From Geosiphon pyriformis uo1 (Eukaryota; Fungi; Glomeromycota): a stretch of 64,000 bases of DNA. Made by a program: the position numbers and the translations under genes. Location of the stretch: contig JAAOMT010000439.1 of assembly GCA_016748015.1 (NCBI GenBank), forward strand, positions 207,527-271,526. The letters run 5' to 3'. Numbering within the stretch: position 1 is the first letter of the stretch; each line of letters starts with the position of its first letter. Below are positions 50,741-64,000 of this stretch, one piece after another. The notes beneath the pieces were generated by a model that was given only the letters and a program-made list of their open reading frames with translations, was not told the origin of the DNA and ran no database searches.

Positions 50741-51313
50741 TACATACTTATAAACTATCAATTACCCTCCACGTGTACAACATTAAAAAGCATTAAAAAG
50801 CCTTTTTCTTTCAAATAAATATTTGCATATTCATCTTACAACTTTTCATTTATATATATATATATATACTTTTTTTTGCATAATTCGATACTTGTAAATA
50901 AACCCTTGCATCATAACCTTCTTCAATTAACAGATTGTCATTTCCATTTTTGTCAATCATTTTTATTTTTGTTTTATGCTAAAAAAAAAAAAATCAAATA
51001 ATGTCGGTATAGTTTTTTTTTTTTTTGATCATTACCTAAAATCTAATTTAAAAATTAAAAAAATTAAAAATTTTTAAACCAAATGTTTCAAAATAAAATA
51101 TATTGTTGAAAGAAGTGTGTGTTATAATTCAAAAAGAGTGTAGAAAAGATTATTTCTCTTGGAGGAGGAGCAAGAGCAGGAGGAGCAGGAGCAAAAGGGG
51201 GAGGAGGAGCAGGAGCAGGAGCGGGAGAAAAAAAAATGTCAATTCTGTTTAAAATAAAATATTCGATAAAAGATATGATCGAAACCAAATAATCTAATTC
51301 TTTTTCATAAAAA

Positions 51314-51910
51314 TTACATTATAGAACATGGAACACAACATCCCTTTTTCATCTTTTTAACATTTGCATCAGAACTACTATTTCCATACTTGACACTTTT
51401 TTCAAAATTGTTCTTTTGATTATTTTTACTCTTTGACTTTTTTCCAAAACATTTAAACAATCTACCAAAATATTTTCGATCCCGTCGTTTATAAACAAAA
51501 TCTTTAGGTGGTGGTATAGGTCTTTGATCTTTTTCCTCCTTCTTCTCCTCTTCTTCCTCCTCTTCCTCTTTCTCAACCATAACTGGTTCCTCTTCATCCT
51601 CCTCAGCTTTCCGTCGTTTACGATCCGTAGCCATATGCGCTGGAACACTAACCGTTTTTTTCTCATTCCCTTTCAAAAATGTAATTACAGCAGTAAATCG
51701 ATGTGGTGCATTATCAGTTGTTGAAGTTGTATAGGTCATGGTGTAAGCAGTTGGAGCCGGTTTCGCTTCATTAGGGACAACCCTTGAACCGCGAGACTTT
51801 GGAGTTATGTCAACATATTTGATAGTATTTGCTTCCGTATTACAGAATAATGTTACTTCCCATTGATGTCCACCACCTATAAGTTGTGAATGTGTTGATT
51901 TTAAATACAT
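51314..51910 (-). CDS. Hypothetical 198-aa protein with C-terminal CaaX box
   Basis: Intact ORF with genic composition, ending KKMKKGCCVPCSIM*. Confidence 0.7.
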   Translation of the reverse strand: MYLKSTHSQLIGGGHQWEVTLFCNTEANTIKYVDITPKSRGSRVVPNEAKPAPTAYTMTYTTSTTDNAPHRFTAVITFLKGNEKKTVSVPAHMATDRKRRKAEEDEEEPVMVEKEEEEEEEEKKEEKDQRPIPPPKDFVYKRRDRKYFGRLFKCFGKKSKSKNNQKNNFEKSVKYGNSSSDANVKKMKKGCCVPCSIM

Positions 51911-52128
51911 TATTTCTTTTGGTTGCCACTAGGGATCAACCAATTTGGTTTAATGATTTTTTTGTAAAAAAAATTATTCGAGGTAAAAAAAAAATAAAAA
52001 AATACTTTTTTAAAAATTCTGAGTATCAATTTTTTGAACAGGCTAGCTGTTTTATATGAAAAAATACTTGAAAATATGAGGAGGTTTTAAAGTTTCAGAA
52101 GTTGAGTTGATCCACAATTGATCTACTA

Positions 52129-52176
<48 letters not shown>

Positions 52177-53095
52177 CGTTTTTGGATGTTGTTCAAAGTT
52201 GTCAAGTAAAACTTTTTCTAGGCGTGTCTTTAAAAATCCTTACTGAAAATACTTTATAGTGAAATGTCCTTTTTTTTTATTTTATTTAAATGTTTTTTTT
52301 TAAAGGCTTACTCAAAAGCCTTTAAAAAAAATAATATCAAAGTTGCTAACGAGAAATTATAATGATAAATGTTAAATTACCCTCCCATTAACGTTTTATA
52401 TATATATTTTTCAGAGAACAATGTCTAACTTGAAATTGTAACCGATAATGATCTTTCATTTCTTTAAATGGTAATGAATTAAAGAATGTTCGGTCCAAAA
52501 AAAATTTTTTTTTTTTCAACTGTTTAGGAAATTAAGTAAGTATAGTCCTTGTGTGTGTGTGTGTGTATGTATGTGTGTGTGTGTGCAGACAATAACCTCG
52601 GTTTACTAATCTTTTTAGTATTTCAAACTCGGAGTCTCGAGTCTCGAGTCTCATTGCTAATATTAAAGTACAACAGGGATAAGGTTTTGCCAAACAGAAT
52701 ATTGAAAAATGCTGTGACCCGCCAATTTTCATTATCATAATTTTCCTTGTATAAAAAAATAGTACAATACTTATCTCATATGAGACATAAATGAAGTTAC
52801 AGTATTATTATATTTTATATTAAAAATTTTTTATTGAAATTACCTTTGTAAAAACTTTCTCTTAAAGAAGACAAGGATTTGAAAATCAGACTGGGGAACT
52901 TCCTGCATTATTAATAAGTAGGAGTTCTTTATAATAGTTTTTCAAAACCTAAAATTATAATGTATTGGAAATTGCCCGCTTTCATTTTTCGGCCATTATT
53001 TTTTGACTTGGCAAATTCAGTGCTTTAAGAAAGATTCACTGAATCACTATTAACAACCCACTTCATTCCTATGGAAAAAAAATCAAGTTAAGAAT

Positions 53096-55007
53096 TTAAG
53101 ACGATGTAAGATCAGTCATACGATCACCTTCCTCCTGATCCTCATATTCAACTATTGGCGAACGTTTGCTAGCGTTGAGTTTCCGTTCGATTTCACCCAA
53201 TTGTCTTTTCTTTAACTCATTATCAGCCCTCAATTTTTCTATCGTCTCCTCGAACCGTTTCTTATATAATTTGTAACCCAAATATTAGTAACCTTTTTGT
53301 CATGATTTTTTGGAAAAAGAATTTTATCATTAATTAGACCAACTTTAATTATTGAATTAAGCGCAGTGGCTAGCTTGGTAACTTTTTCTTGAATGGCCGA
53401 TTCATTAGTCGCTATTTGATCTTGCAAAATTTTTTCTTCTTGCAACAAAATATCAGGAGATTCTTCCTCTTCTAAAAAATTAAAAATTAAAAATATCAAA
53501 TTCGTAATGAAAATTTCAAAGTACGTCACTCTAATTATGAAAAAATTTAACAATATCAAATTACCACTCTCTGTAGATTCATCACTATCGTCATCTTCAT
53601 CACTTTCGTCCTCATCTTCTTCATCCTCTTGCTCATTATCAAATTCACCAACACGTTCATCATCTTCTACATCCATCATTTCCAACTCACGTTGTAAAGC
53701 AGCACCTGCTTCCTCTCCCTCTTCATCAATTTCCTCTTCTACTTCATATTCCCCTTCAATCTTCATGTCCTCATTATCAGGTCCAGGTGTCTCAACTTCT
53801 GAATCCACAAGATCTATCAATTCTGTTATTAAAAGTCAAAATAATTTGTAAAGATTTATTGATTAACAATACGAAAAAAAAATCCTTTTTATATCTATAT
53901 CTATATCTATATCTAAATCTAACTTACCATAACTAACACTCTCTGCCTGTGCATCAAGATTTAATAATCGTTCAACCTCTTTTTCTATCTCTTCAATAGC
54001 CTATAATATTATAAAAAATTTAGGATGCGAAAATAAATTTCTTATAAAAATTGACATAAAAGTAAAACAGGTTTCATACTCTATTAGAAAATCTTTTTCG
54101 GAATCTTCTTTTTCGAACATTTTTCAATGGAGTAGCAAGACCGTCTGGCCAAATAAAATCATCCCATTTCAAAGGTTCCTTATTAGTATTCAATTGGGAT
54201 TCATCCGAAATAGGATTTTCCACTACTAACATCTAAAATGTAACCCGAGTATTAGATAAATTTAGAACAAATAGTCAAAAAAGAATTTATAGGTATTAAG
54301 AGAAATAAGTAATGGAAACCTGAGAAACGTCACCAATTTTGTAGAATTGCTTGTTATTCAACGTCTTTTGGGACTCTATGATACAAGGTAAATCCACGAG
54401 CCTAGCACTATACTTTTGTTTATCAAAGGAGAAGACTGCATGTCGTGGATCTAAGATTTTAATAAGTATAATAGTACGAAAGAGAAATGGATAGATTACT
54501 ACTAATCAAAAATATCAGATATAATCACTAGAAAAGCGGAAAATGCTTACCTTTGAACGTGATTGAAAGATCTTCGAATGGCAGACGATTTTTCACATGC
54601 ATTTTAAACTTTTCTAGAAATTTGCCGGGAAACGGTACCCTAAGAATAAAGTGTTCTTCGATAGGAGGATCATTATTCTCCTCATCTGAATCATCGTTTT
54701 CTGTTTTACCAATTGTCTTTAAACCACCGAAAGTAAGAGAAGAGGGAGAAGCAAGCGAGCTAGTAGGTGAAAGATTTAAAGGAGGGTTTACAGGAGAAGG
54801 AAAACCAGCGACGGTCGACTTTTTTACAGGTGGAAGTCGAATCTTGAAACTAGAGGTTGACCCTTTTCGTGAACTTGTAGCAGTACCGCTTTCAGGTGTG
54901 AACGAAGTAATTACTTTGAGACCTGGTGCACCACCAGATTTGGGTGTTTTAGTAGAAACGTTTGAACTGGCTTTCTTTTTTCCGGAGGGTTTCCCAGTGG
55001 AGACCAT
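53096..55007 (-). CDS. TAF7: TFIID subunit Taf7 (TAFII55 N-terminal domain), multi-exon
   Basis: IEEHFILRV..DPRHAVF..YSARLVDLPCIIESQKTLNNKQFYKIGDVSQMLVV..WPDGLATPLKNVRKRRFRKR, then an acidic tract and coiled coil. Confidence 0.93.
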
Positions 55008-55868
55008 TTTAAAAATCCTAATGTAAGTTGATACATTTTTTCCCGAGTGTGAAGCAACTTTTTTTCCCTAATGATACTGTTAACTGTTCTCAACTCCGAT
55101 TGGCTCAAATTAAAAAATGTCAATATAGTAAATTTAAAAATTCCCCAACATGGTTTAGGATGCAAAGAAAACTTTTGATTGAAAGTAAAAACATTCAATA
55201 CATTTAAACCCTAATCCTTAAAAGTTCATGAGAAAGGGAAGAACTTTGAACTTATTAAAGACATATGACCCATCATTTTAGCTCTTTAATCACTTGAGAT
55301 TAAACCCTTTTGAAAAGGGAAATGACATTGTAAAAAATAAAAATAGTTCAATAATGAGATCTAAATCTTTTTGGGAATGCTGAACTTTTTTTTTTTTTTT
55401 TTTTTAATTATTCTATGCCCTGATCACTTCCTTCAGCCCTTTTTGCTTCACAGCCGTCGACCTCCTGATCGGTTATGGCTTTGCTTTTTAGAGTTAAGCA
55501 AAGGATGGTTTTTGTCGCATTGTGGGAATAATCTTCATGTCTATTTTTGGTACAGAAAAAATGGGTATAGCGAAAAGTTGTTAGTCGAGTTACACGACCT
55601 TTTTTTCGATTGCTATAAACTTTTTGTTTGTCATATAAAGCTTTAGTTTTATTTTACATGTAATTTTATTAATCATAAATAGGCTTTTAATGTGTTCGGG
55701 TTTTTCTCTTTTTAGACCTGATATAAGCTTGTTTAAATAAGAGGGTTGGGAAACTTGCCTCAAACGACCTCGGGTTGAACTTCGAGTAGTCAGAATTATT
55801 AACTGAAACTTGGAAATCTTAAAAAAAAAAACTATTATTATTTATCTTGAAAGAAAACCATTAAAAAT

Positions 55869-57183
55869 ATGCGACCGCATAAACCATACACGAAGAAACA
55901 ATTATATATCTCGTACCTAAAGGAGTCGGTGTTATTTTCTTGAAATTAATGTTAATTTGTATTGTGGAGCTTAATTCTTAAAAAATTTCCTCAAAATCAT
56001 CGTTATTACTAGCTGGGTCCTTGTAATCCTTTTTTTCGGTGGATGCTTCCTGATCGATAAGTTTTCACCTTATCACCGCAACTTCTCTTTGAATGATCCT
56101 ACAATTCAATTTCCTTATAAACCCAATGAAAAAGTACCTATTTGGTTGGAGTTTGTGAGTAATCTTTCAATTTTTTTAAGATTCTTCAGATTTAACTCGG
56201 GGAGTTTCTCTAACGCGTCAAGATTCTAATAAAAGAATTAAAAATTATTTTCATTACGACTTAATTTTTGTTTCTCAATTCCATTTTTTAATTTTAAAGG
56301 TAATTTGTACTGCCATACCATTTGTAATTATGACTTTTGTGGGACTGGGTATCAGACGCAGTTTATTGGATTGGCATCACTCCACATTGGGTCTTGCACT
56401 TGCTCTCACTTTGACAACATTAGTAACCAACTCTATAAAGGTATCTTATATAACTAAAAAAAAAACCTTTAATCGAAGAATTCTCAATGATCAAGACTAA
56501 GAAAATTTTGGTATCCCCACAGATTACTACTGGACGTCCTCGACCTGACTTTATTGCTCGCTGTAACCCTAAAGAAGGTTCTCATGACAAACCAGTATAT
56601 GGTTTGAGTAATTCAGATATATGTACATGGACAGATTCTCATATAGAGAGAGATGGTTACATGAGTTTTCCGTCGGGTCATTCGTCAAGTAAGTGCCAAT
56701 TAATTAGTTCTTTTATTCCCACAATTACCCTCAGTTGAAAATCATTGATTGTAAGATTAATCTCTTTCTATTGTTTCCTTTACAGCGGCATTTGCGGGAT
56801 TAACATATCTTTCAATGTACCTAGCCGGAAAATTAGATATATTCGATGCAGCAGGACACACTTACAAATCATTCATCGTTGTTGCCCCATACATCGGCGC
56901 TGCTTTGGTAGCCATCTCAAGAACCAATGATTATCGACATCATTGGCAGGATGTTACGGTGGGTGGTTTATTGGGAATGGTTTTTGCCACGTTTTCCTAT
57001 CTCCAATACTTTCCACCTCCATGGGGCAAGATCGCAACAGCACCATACAATAATCGATTCGAGAAAGTGGATCAACCAATTAATATTGACCCTAATGATC
57101 CGAATACCCTTTTACGAGACCCTACAAATTCTTCCAGTAAAAATAAATTACTACAGCGACTTGACTCTGATGATATTGTATGA
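55869..57183 (+). CDS. DPP1: PAP2-family lipid phosphate / diacylglycerol pyrophosphate phosphatase
   Basis: Three catalytic motifs KITTGRPRP, SFPSGHSS, SRTNDYRHHWQDV; N-terminal PYHRNFSLNDPTIQFPY. Confidence 0.92.
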
Positions 57184-57670
57184 ATGATATAAATGGGATT
57201 AGAACCAAATATTTTTACTACTTAATGTACAAAATAACTTGTAAGTATCATGGGTCTTCGACACACTCATGATTTTAGTTGAATAAAATTCTGACCATTT
57301 TTTACATAATCAAGTTTTTATTTAAAAAATACTATATATTAAGTGTAGTTCAATCACAATCTATTTTACAACATGTACATAATCAAAAAAGTTGACAACT
57401 TTTTTTCAACTTTTTTATTGTTAACATAAATTTTTATTTAGGTTTGCAAAACATGCAAAAAATTGTTATTATTTTAATTAAAAAACTTTTATTCTAAAGC
57501 TTTTAAATTTGTTAAAACTGCTTTTGCTTATTAATTAGTTTCAATAATAATAATATTGTTGTACTTAATGTTTTTTAAACCAAATTAATTAAATTTTTTA
57601 TTATACAGTTTTTAAGATCAATAATATAATTATTCAAATACATACTTTATTTTTAAGTTGTTTAAATTTA

Positions 57671-57713
<43 letters not shown>

Positions 57714-57759
57714 TATGTTTTTAATAAATAATAAGTAAATTTGTTAATTAATTAATACA

Positions 57760-58668
57760 AAACTTTTTTCTTTTTTATGTTTTAAAAATTTTTAAAAAGC
57801 TAAATTTTGATTAAAAAGTTTTTTTGTTTTTTCTTACTGTTTTTTTTTCAATATTTTACAAGCAAATAACCCTTTATAATGAATTTAAAGACTGTTTCTA
57901 GTGGTAATATGTCTAAAAAAAAATGTTTAAAGAGAATTTTTATAGTTCTATTAATGGTTTTTTTTCTCAAAAAAAAAATTTTTTTTATTAATAATATCAA
58001 ATACTTTGATAATAAAAAGAATGTTTTTTTGATTAAAGTCTGACTTTGACAGTAATATTTATTCAAATATAAACAGTAAATTTAATAATAGTGAAAGTAG
58101 TAGTATTTTATCTGACTTAAATAATAAATCTTTTTTGAATTTGATGGCTGTTATTTCTAAAACCAAAAGAATTAATATTGGTTTAAATTGTGGCTTTTTT
58201 TTTGGTTCTTTTAATTATAATATAAAAAAAATAGTGGACTTTTCTTATTTTTTTTCAATATTTTTTTTGACAAAAGATAGATTAATTCCAAAATTGCTAA
58301 AACTCATATGAAAATTTCTATTAATAAATTTTATATTAAAAAAAACATGAAAAAAGTCATGTTATTGGCTGGTAAAAATGACATTATAATAAACAATAAT
58401 TTCAAAAAACAAAAGTTTTACTTAGATTAAACTGTGATTATAAAAAAAATTTCTATAAATACATCTAAAGATATAATTATTACTACAATAGTTAAATATA
58501 ATTAAATAGTATTAATCTAATTATAATTGATTGAGCTATAGCAAAAAACTATAATAAAATTTACTAAATTAAGTCAAACTGATCTTTTAATGTTTAAGTA
58601 ATCATTTTTAATTAGAAAAAATTTGATATATGTGACCAAAACTATAAGAGATTACAATATTTAAATAT
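57760..58668 (+). mobile_element. Degenerate LINE 5' part (ORF1), same subfamily as the LINE at 16130, cut by an LTR element
   Basis: 57879-58020 aligns with 16243-16385 (atgaattta..atg..taaaaaaaaat..tttatagttct..); RRM remnant at 58430-58640. Confidence 0.75.
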
Positions 58669-59621
58669 TGTTATTGGAGATTTTTTTCTTTTTTTTTAAT
58701 GTTGTTAATATTATTTTGTTAATAATTTTGTTGTTAATAAAAGTTGGTAAATTTTTAATAAGCTAATTTTTTTTTCAAAATATTTTTTTATACTTTGAAT
58801 TATATATGCTGTTGGATTTATAATGAAATAACCAATTTTATACTAATTATTTATATAGTTATTTTACAGTAAAAGTTAACTCTTTTACAAAAAAAAATTA
58901 TCTATAAACTCTTTAAAAATGTGTATAATTATTTTGTTATAAAAGCCAACTTTTCTACAGAAAATCTCGACTATAAACTACCTAATAATATAAAAAAAAT
59001 AAAAAATAAAAATAAAAATATAAATTAAAGAAAAAAAAATAAAAAAATATGTTAAGAAAGTTATTTTAAATTTAGATCTGAAAGTTGCTAATAATTATTG
59101 AAATTAATAGCTAATTAATTTCAAAATATTAATATAGAATAGTTAAAAATTTTTATGTTTTCAAAATAAGTTTTATTAAAATTGATTTATATAAAAGATA
59201 CTAAGAAAAATATTGGTTTTAGTTAAGATATTTTTTTTTAAAAAAAGAAATTTTTTTTTTATATAACTTATTATAATATTATTTTATAATTTAACACTTT
59301 TTTTTTTCTAATATTTTAGTAAATTAAAAATATATTTCATCAAACTACAAATTATTTTAGCAAATTATAGATTATTTTAATAAACTATTAAATATTTTAA
59401 CATGTTTTGAATATTATATAATTCGATATACTGTATAATTTAATTATTATAATTTAGTTACATTTGTGTTTTGTATAAATTGGGTTATTAATTGAATAAT
59501 AATTTGGATAATTTAATAAAATAATAAGTAATAAATTGAAATAATAATATATGCTAATTAATAATAAGAATTATAAAAATAATTTCATGCTAAATAATAT
59601 CTAAAATTTCGATTAGTAACA
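58669..59621 (-). repeat. Decayed 3' LTR of the same family as the solo LTR at 34243
   Basis: End ttcatgctaaataatatctaaaatttcgattagtaaca vs ttcatgctaattaatagctaaaattctactggtaaca; internal blocks are colinear. Confidence 0.85.
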
Positions 59622-62600
59622 TAATTTTTTTCAAAATTGAGCTTTGTTAAAATTTAAGTACTATTTGTAATTTTTAGATAGTAATCCAAAATTATTAAAA
59701 AAATTTGGTTTGAAAATTGTTGAAATTTTAGTTCTGTAAGTTTTTCAATGTATTGAATTTTTAGAGGTTGTAAAATTAGGTTTTGTAAGATATTTTTACA
59801 AATATGAAATAAATTATAGAGTTTAAAAACTGCTCTAAGTTTGTAATAAGTATTTATTAGTTTAATTGTTGTCTTAAATTTATTGTAAAATTGTTTTAAA
59901 TAATTTTAGTTGTAAGATTTGTTGTTTTAAGCTCTAGTTTTCTTTCATAAAGTGTTTTTTTAATATAAAAATATCTATAAATTAGAAGGTATTTATTATT
60001 TTGTTTATTGAAACACTATTAAAGTTTTTGTTAAATTGTAGTATTTGGTAAAATATTAATAAAAGTAAACATTAAATTTTTTCTTAAAGTTTGTTTTAAA
60101 AATTCTGATAAGTAAATTTCAGAATAACTTTTTTTTTTTTTATAAAGATAATAATTTTGTGAATTTGTGAATAAAATTGTAATTGATTCTATTTGGATAT
60201 AATTAATGTGTTTTTAATAATATTAATAAATAATTTGAGTAGTATTTTTAAGACTAATATTATTTTTTAAAATAATTATTAATATTTTAAGAAATAATTA
60301 TTATAGCTAATAAAAAAAATTATTTTTAAATTATTTTTAATATATGGAATTTTTATGTTATTTTTGTTTTGTTTTTTTGTGTTGTTTGTTTTGTTTTTGT
60401 AAAATTATTTCTAAATTATAAAAAATAACTATAAAAAAAATTAAATTTTAAATATTTAAATTTGAAAATTATTTAATAATTACTATTGGTTCTAAATTTT
60501 AGAGAATATTTTCAAAGCTAACTAAAAAAAATTATGTATTAATTTATGAAATCAAAAGTTTAGAATTGGTTTTAAAATAATAGTATTTAAGTTTGTTATT
60601 ATGTGCAACTTTTTTTCGAATTTTATTATCAAGTTTTAACTTGTATAACTTATTTTTTAAAGTTTTATATATATAAAATAGTTTATTTTATTTATAATTA
60701 AATTTTTTATTTTATTGTTTTTTAGTCTTAGTTCTATATAAGAAAATTTATTTTTAACTTTAAATTTATTGATAACTGGTAAAATTTTATTGTTATGTTG
60801 TTTTTTTTATTAAACTTAAAAGTATTTTATATAAATAACTACAATTTATTATTATTTTTCAGTATATTGAGAAGTGTATAAGCTTTTTTTTGTAATGTTT
60901 TTTAAAAGTTGTTCTGTATTATTAATTGAACTAAATAGAATTTCACTATAAACTTAATTAATAATATTGCTATTCTTCTATAAATTAGATTAAATAGTGT
61001 ATATTTTATTGTATTTTGTTTTAGTATTCTATATTTTAATAATATTAATAGAATAAAGAAATCTTATTTTTGTTCAAAATCTATTAAGACTTTGGCTAAT
61101 AATTTAAAAAATGTTCTGTTAAAATATTATTTGTTTATAAATAATAAGATAAAAATAAAAATCTTTTAATATTAAATTGTTTACAAATTTTTTGTATTAG
61201 ATTATTTATAAAGTGTGTTTTTTGATTGGATAAAATTTTAATTGAACATTTATGTCTATAAATAATGTTTTTGTAAATGAAATTTGCAACTGATTTTGTA
61301 TTTGTTTATTAAATTACTTTTGCTTTAGGCTATTTTGTTAGATAATTTACTATAACTATAATATATTAGTTTCCTTGAGTTGTAATAAATAATAATCTAA
61401 CTAAATTAATATCAACTTAATCAAAAAATTGTTTAACTTTAATTAGATTTAAGAATTTTATAAGGTATATTTCTTTTTTTTATTGACAATTATTATAAGA
61501 TTTAACATATTGGTAAATATATTTTTTATTTAGGACCAAAAATAATGTTTTAGTATTTCTTGGATTGTGCTGTCTTTTTTGAAGTATACTGCTAAAAAAT
61601 TGGAATATATATTATATAAGAATTGGTTTTTTTGTTTTTCAAATTACTCTGAGTAAATTGTTTGAATTTTTGTAATTTCAATAATAAATAATGTTGTTGT
61701 ATATAAAATATTGTCTTGCTTAGTATTGTATTTAATATATTTTATTTAGAAACCAATTTTTTGGTATCATAGATGTTTTTAAATATTGTTTAAAATTGTT
61801 GTAGTTTTTGGGATTTATTGTTTGTTGTTTTGTTGCTGTTTTGTTAATTAAGTTAATTAATAATTATGGTTTTTAATTTTGTCTTATTCTTAAAAGACAA
61901 TTGATATTTGTGTAAAAATTTTTTGGTTTGTAATATACAGTGTATTTGTAATTTGCAAAAAATTCAATTTATTAAATTTATTTGGTATTTAATTTTGAGT
62001 TTTTATTCTAAAATTATTTAAGTTTAATATTATTAATAATATTATTAAATTTTTTAGGCTAAATAAAACCAAAATAAAATAAGATCCAAATTACTGCTGT
62101 TGTTTCTAATTTGGTGGCAAAATAATTTTTTTCTGTTGGCTTTAGTATTTTGCTAACATAAACAATTATTTTTTTATTGCTATTATTATTTAGTTAAAAT
62201 AAGATGATACCAAAAACTATATTATTTAGTTAAGATAAGATAGTATCAAAGACTATATATAAAATATCTGTAATTAGTTAAAATTTTTTGTTAAAATCAA
62301 GATAAGTTAAAATTAGTGCTGTTTTTAGCTTTTTATTAGGATTATTGAAAGTTTTTTGTTGTTTTGGAGTCTATTTGTATTTAATGTTTTTGTTGGTTAG
62401 GTAATTTAATAGTTGGCGATTTTAAAAAAAAATTTAATAAATTTTTAATAACAGAATACTAATCTAATAAATTTTTTTAATTTAATAGTGTTTTATAAAA
62501 CCTTAAAGTTTTTAATAATGATAATTTTTTTTGAATTAAGTTTAATTCTTTTTCTATTAACAATGTAATTTAAAAAAGCCAAATTAGTCTTTTTAAAATA

Positions 62601-64000
62601 ATATTTTTTAATATTTAATTTTATTTCTGCTTTTTATAATTATTAAAAAACTTTTTGTAAATAAATTAAATAAGCTTCATATAAAAATAAATAGATATCA
62701 ATATTATTTAAATAAATAATTACTAATTGTCATAAGAATTCAGTATAGACAATATCTATAAGTTTTTAAAATATTGCTAGTGTATTACATAATTCAAAAA
62801 GTATTATATTAAACTTGTAAATTTTTTTTAAGTAATAAAAACTGTTTTAGAATAATTTTTGAAATCTATTGTAATTTATTAATATTTATTTTTCAGATCT
62901 AATGTAAAAAAGTATTTTGACTTGTTAAAAGTATTTAGTATGTTATTAATTTATAATAAAAGATAAATATCTCCAATTATAATACTATTTAATTAACAGT
63001 AATTAACACAAAAATGTGATTTTCTTATTTTTTTTTTAATAAAAACTATTGATAAAACTATAAATTTATTAATGACTAAATAAATTATTATTAAATATGT
63101 ATTGAATTTTTTTTTAAATAAATTGGTGGCTTTTAAATAAAACTTGATATGCTTGTTTATATAGATTTGGTGTTAAACCAAATTAGTTTTTTCCAAATTA
63201 TTGTTATTTTTAATAAATATATCTGTATGTTTTGTAATTAATTCTTTGAATTGTTTTTGTTGTTGTAGTTTTAATTGTTTTATATTAATTCAAGATAATT
63301 TTTCAATAACAACATAATAGTTTTTGGTATTATGCATAAAAAAAAACAAAAATAAATTATAAAAATACAAAACAAAAAAAACATATAATATTAAAATAAC
63401 TAATTAAAAATAGAAACAAAAAAAGATTTTCAAAAAATTTTAGATTTTTTAAAAAATCAGAAATTTTCAGAAAATTTAGTAAAAAAAAATAGGAATTTTA
63501 TGTAACAAAAAATATATTTATATATATTAATATTATTAAAAATAAGAAGAAACAGACAAGTTTTTAATGACTAATAGTTAATAATAAATATTTAGGAAAT
63601 ACTCTTTTCTTTAAAAGCTAGTTTTCTATATTTTGAAATAAAATTATTCAGATATTAAATAAAATTATTATTTTATTATTGTTATAAGTAATTATTTAGG
63701 ATGTTAAAATAAATAACAAACTTATAACTTAGTATTTAATAGCTAATTTGGTTAATATTATCTAAAAAAATTTCAAATTTGAAAGTTTTTAGTTAAGTTT
63801 TTTATATAATAAACAAAAAATTAATTTATAATTTTTTTCTGAATTTTTTTTTAATGTAAAAGCCAGTTTAATCTGGCAGTTGTATTCTTTTGATAAGCTA
63901 TTCTTTTTTTTGAATTTGTTACTTTTATTTACAGGTTTTTTACTAAACTATTCTTAATATTAATATCTTAATACTTAATTTCTTAATCAATTAATAAACA
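59622..64000 (-). mobile_element. Extremely decayed internal region of a Gypsy element
   Basis: PPT-like gctcaattttgaaaaaaatta abuts the LTR. Integrase remnant YLIYRRIAILLIKF (~60950-60990) parallels KLIYDRTATLPVEI of the intact-structure element. The distal boundary is not resolved. Confidence 0.6.

Noticed and set aside
51088-51288. Pro/Ala-rich 66-aa ORF
   Set aside because: Produced by a (GGAGCA)n/(GGA)n simple repeat, probably in the 3' UTR of the CaaX gene.
53507-55026. Plus-strand ORFs of 114 and 157 aa
   Set aside because: Antisense shadows of TAF7 exons.
1-64000. Horizontally acquired bacterial genes, tRNA or rRNA genes
   Set aside because: All recognisable genes are typical fungal ones, mostly with introns; no structural RNA gene was recognised by eye.

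Overview
Eukaryotic fungal genomic DNA with short introns and high AT content. Gene and repeat style suggest Glomeromycotina, and the repeat families resemble those I recall from Geosiphon pyriformis (inference). There are two gene blocks. The first (1-13.3 kb) holds an AP180/ANTH adaptor, Abp1, a synaptobrevin absent from the ORF track, an uncharacterised protein, Mdm31 and Sdh7. The second (43-57 kb) holds an aldo-keto reductase, an acyl-CoA dehydrogenase, an Inp54-like 5-phosphatase, Sdh6 (absent from the ORF track), an orphan CaaX protein, Taf7 and a Dpp1-like phosphatase. Between and after them lie nests of dead retroelements: two full-length APE/RT/RNase H LINEs plus the 5' part of a third copy, each interrupted by a Ty3/Gypsy LTR insertion (a complete dUTPase-bearing element, a young solo LTR, a heavily decayed element). 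Most notable: (i) a 2.3-kb ORF1-only element that carries the LINE 3' UTR stem-loop and A-tail, i.e. a HAL1-like non-autonomous LINE partner; (ii) transition-only C>T/G>A hypermutation of the repeats (24 of 24 LTR-LTR differences in 240 nt), not limited to CpG, which looks RIP-like; (iii) a Gypsy polyprotein with a Cys-rich module and dUTPase between protease and RT; (iv) an adjacent AP180-Abp1-Snc1 endocytosis gene trio. All calls are from manual reading; no searches were run.
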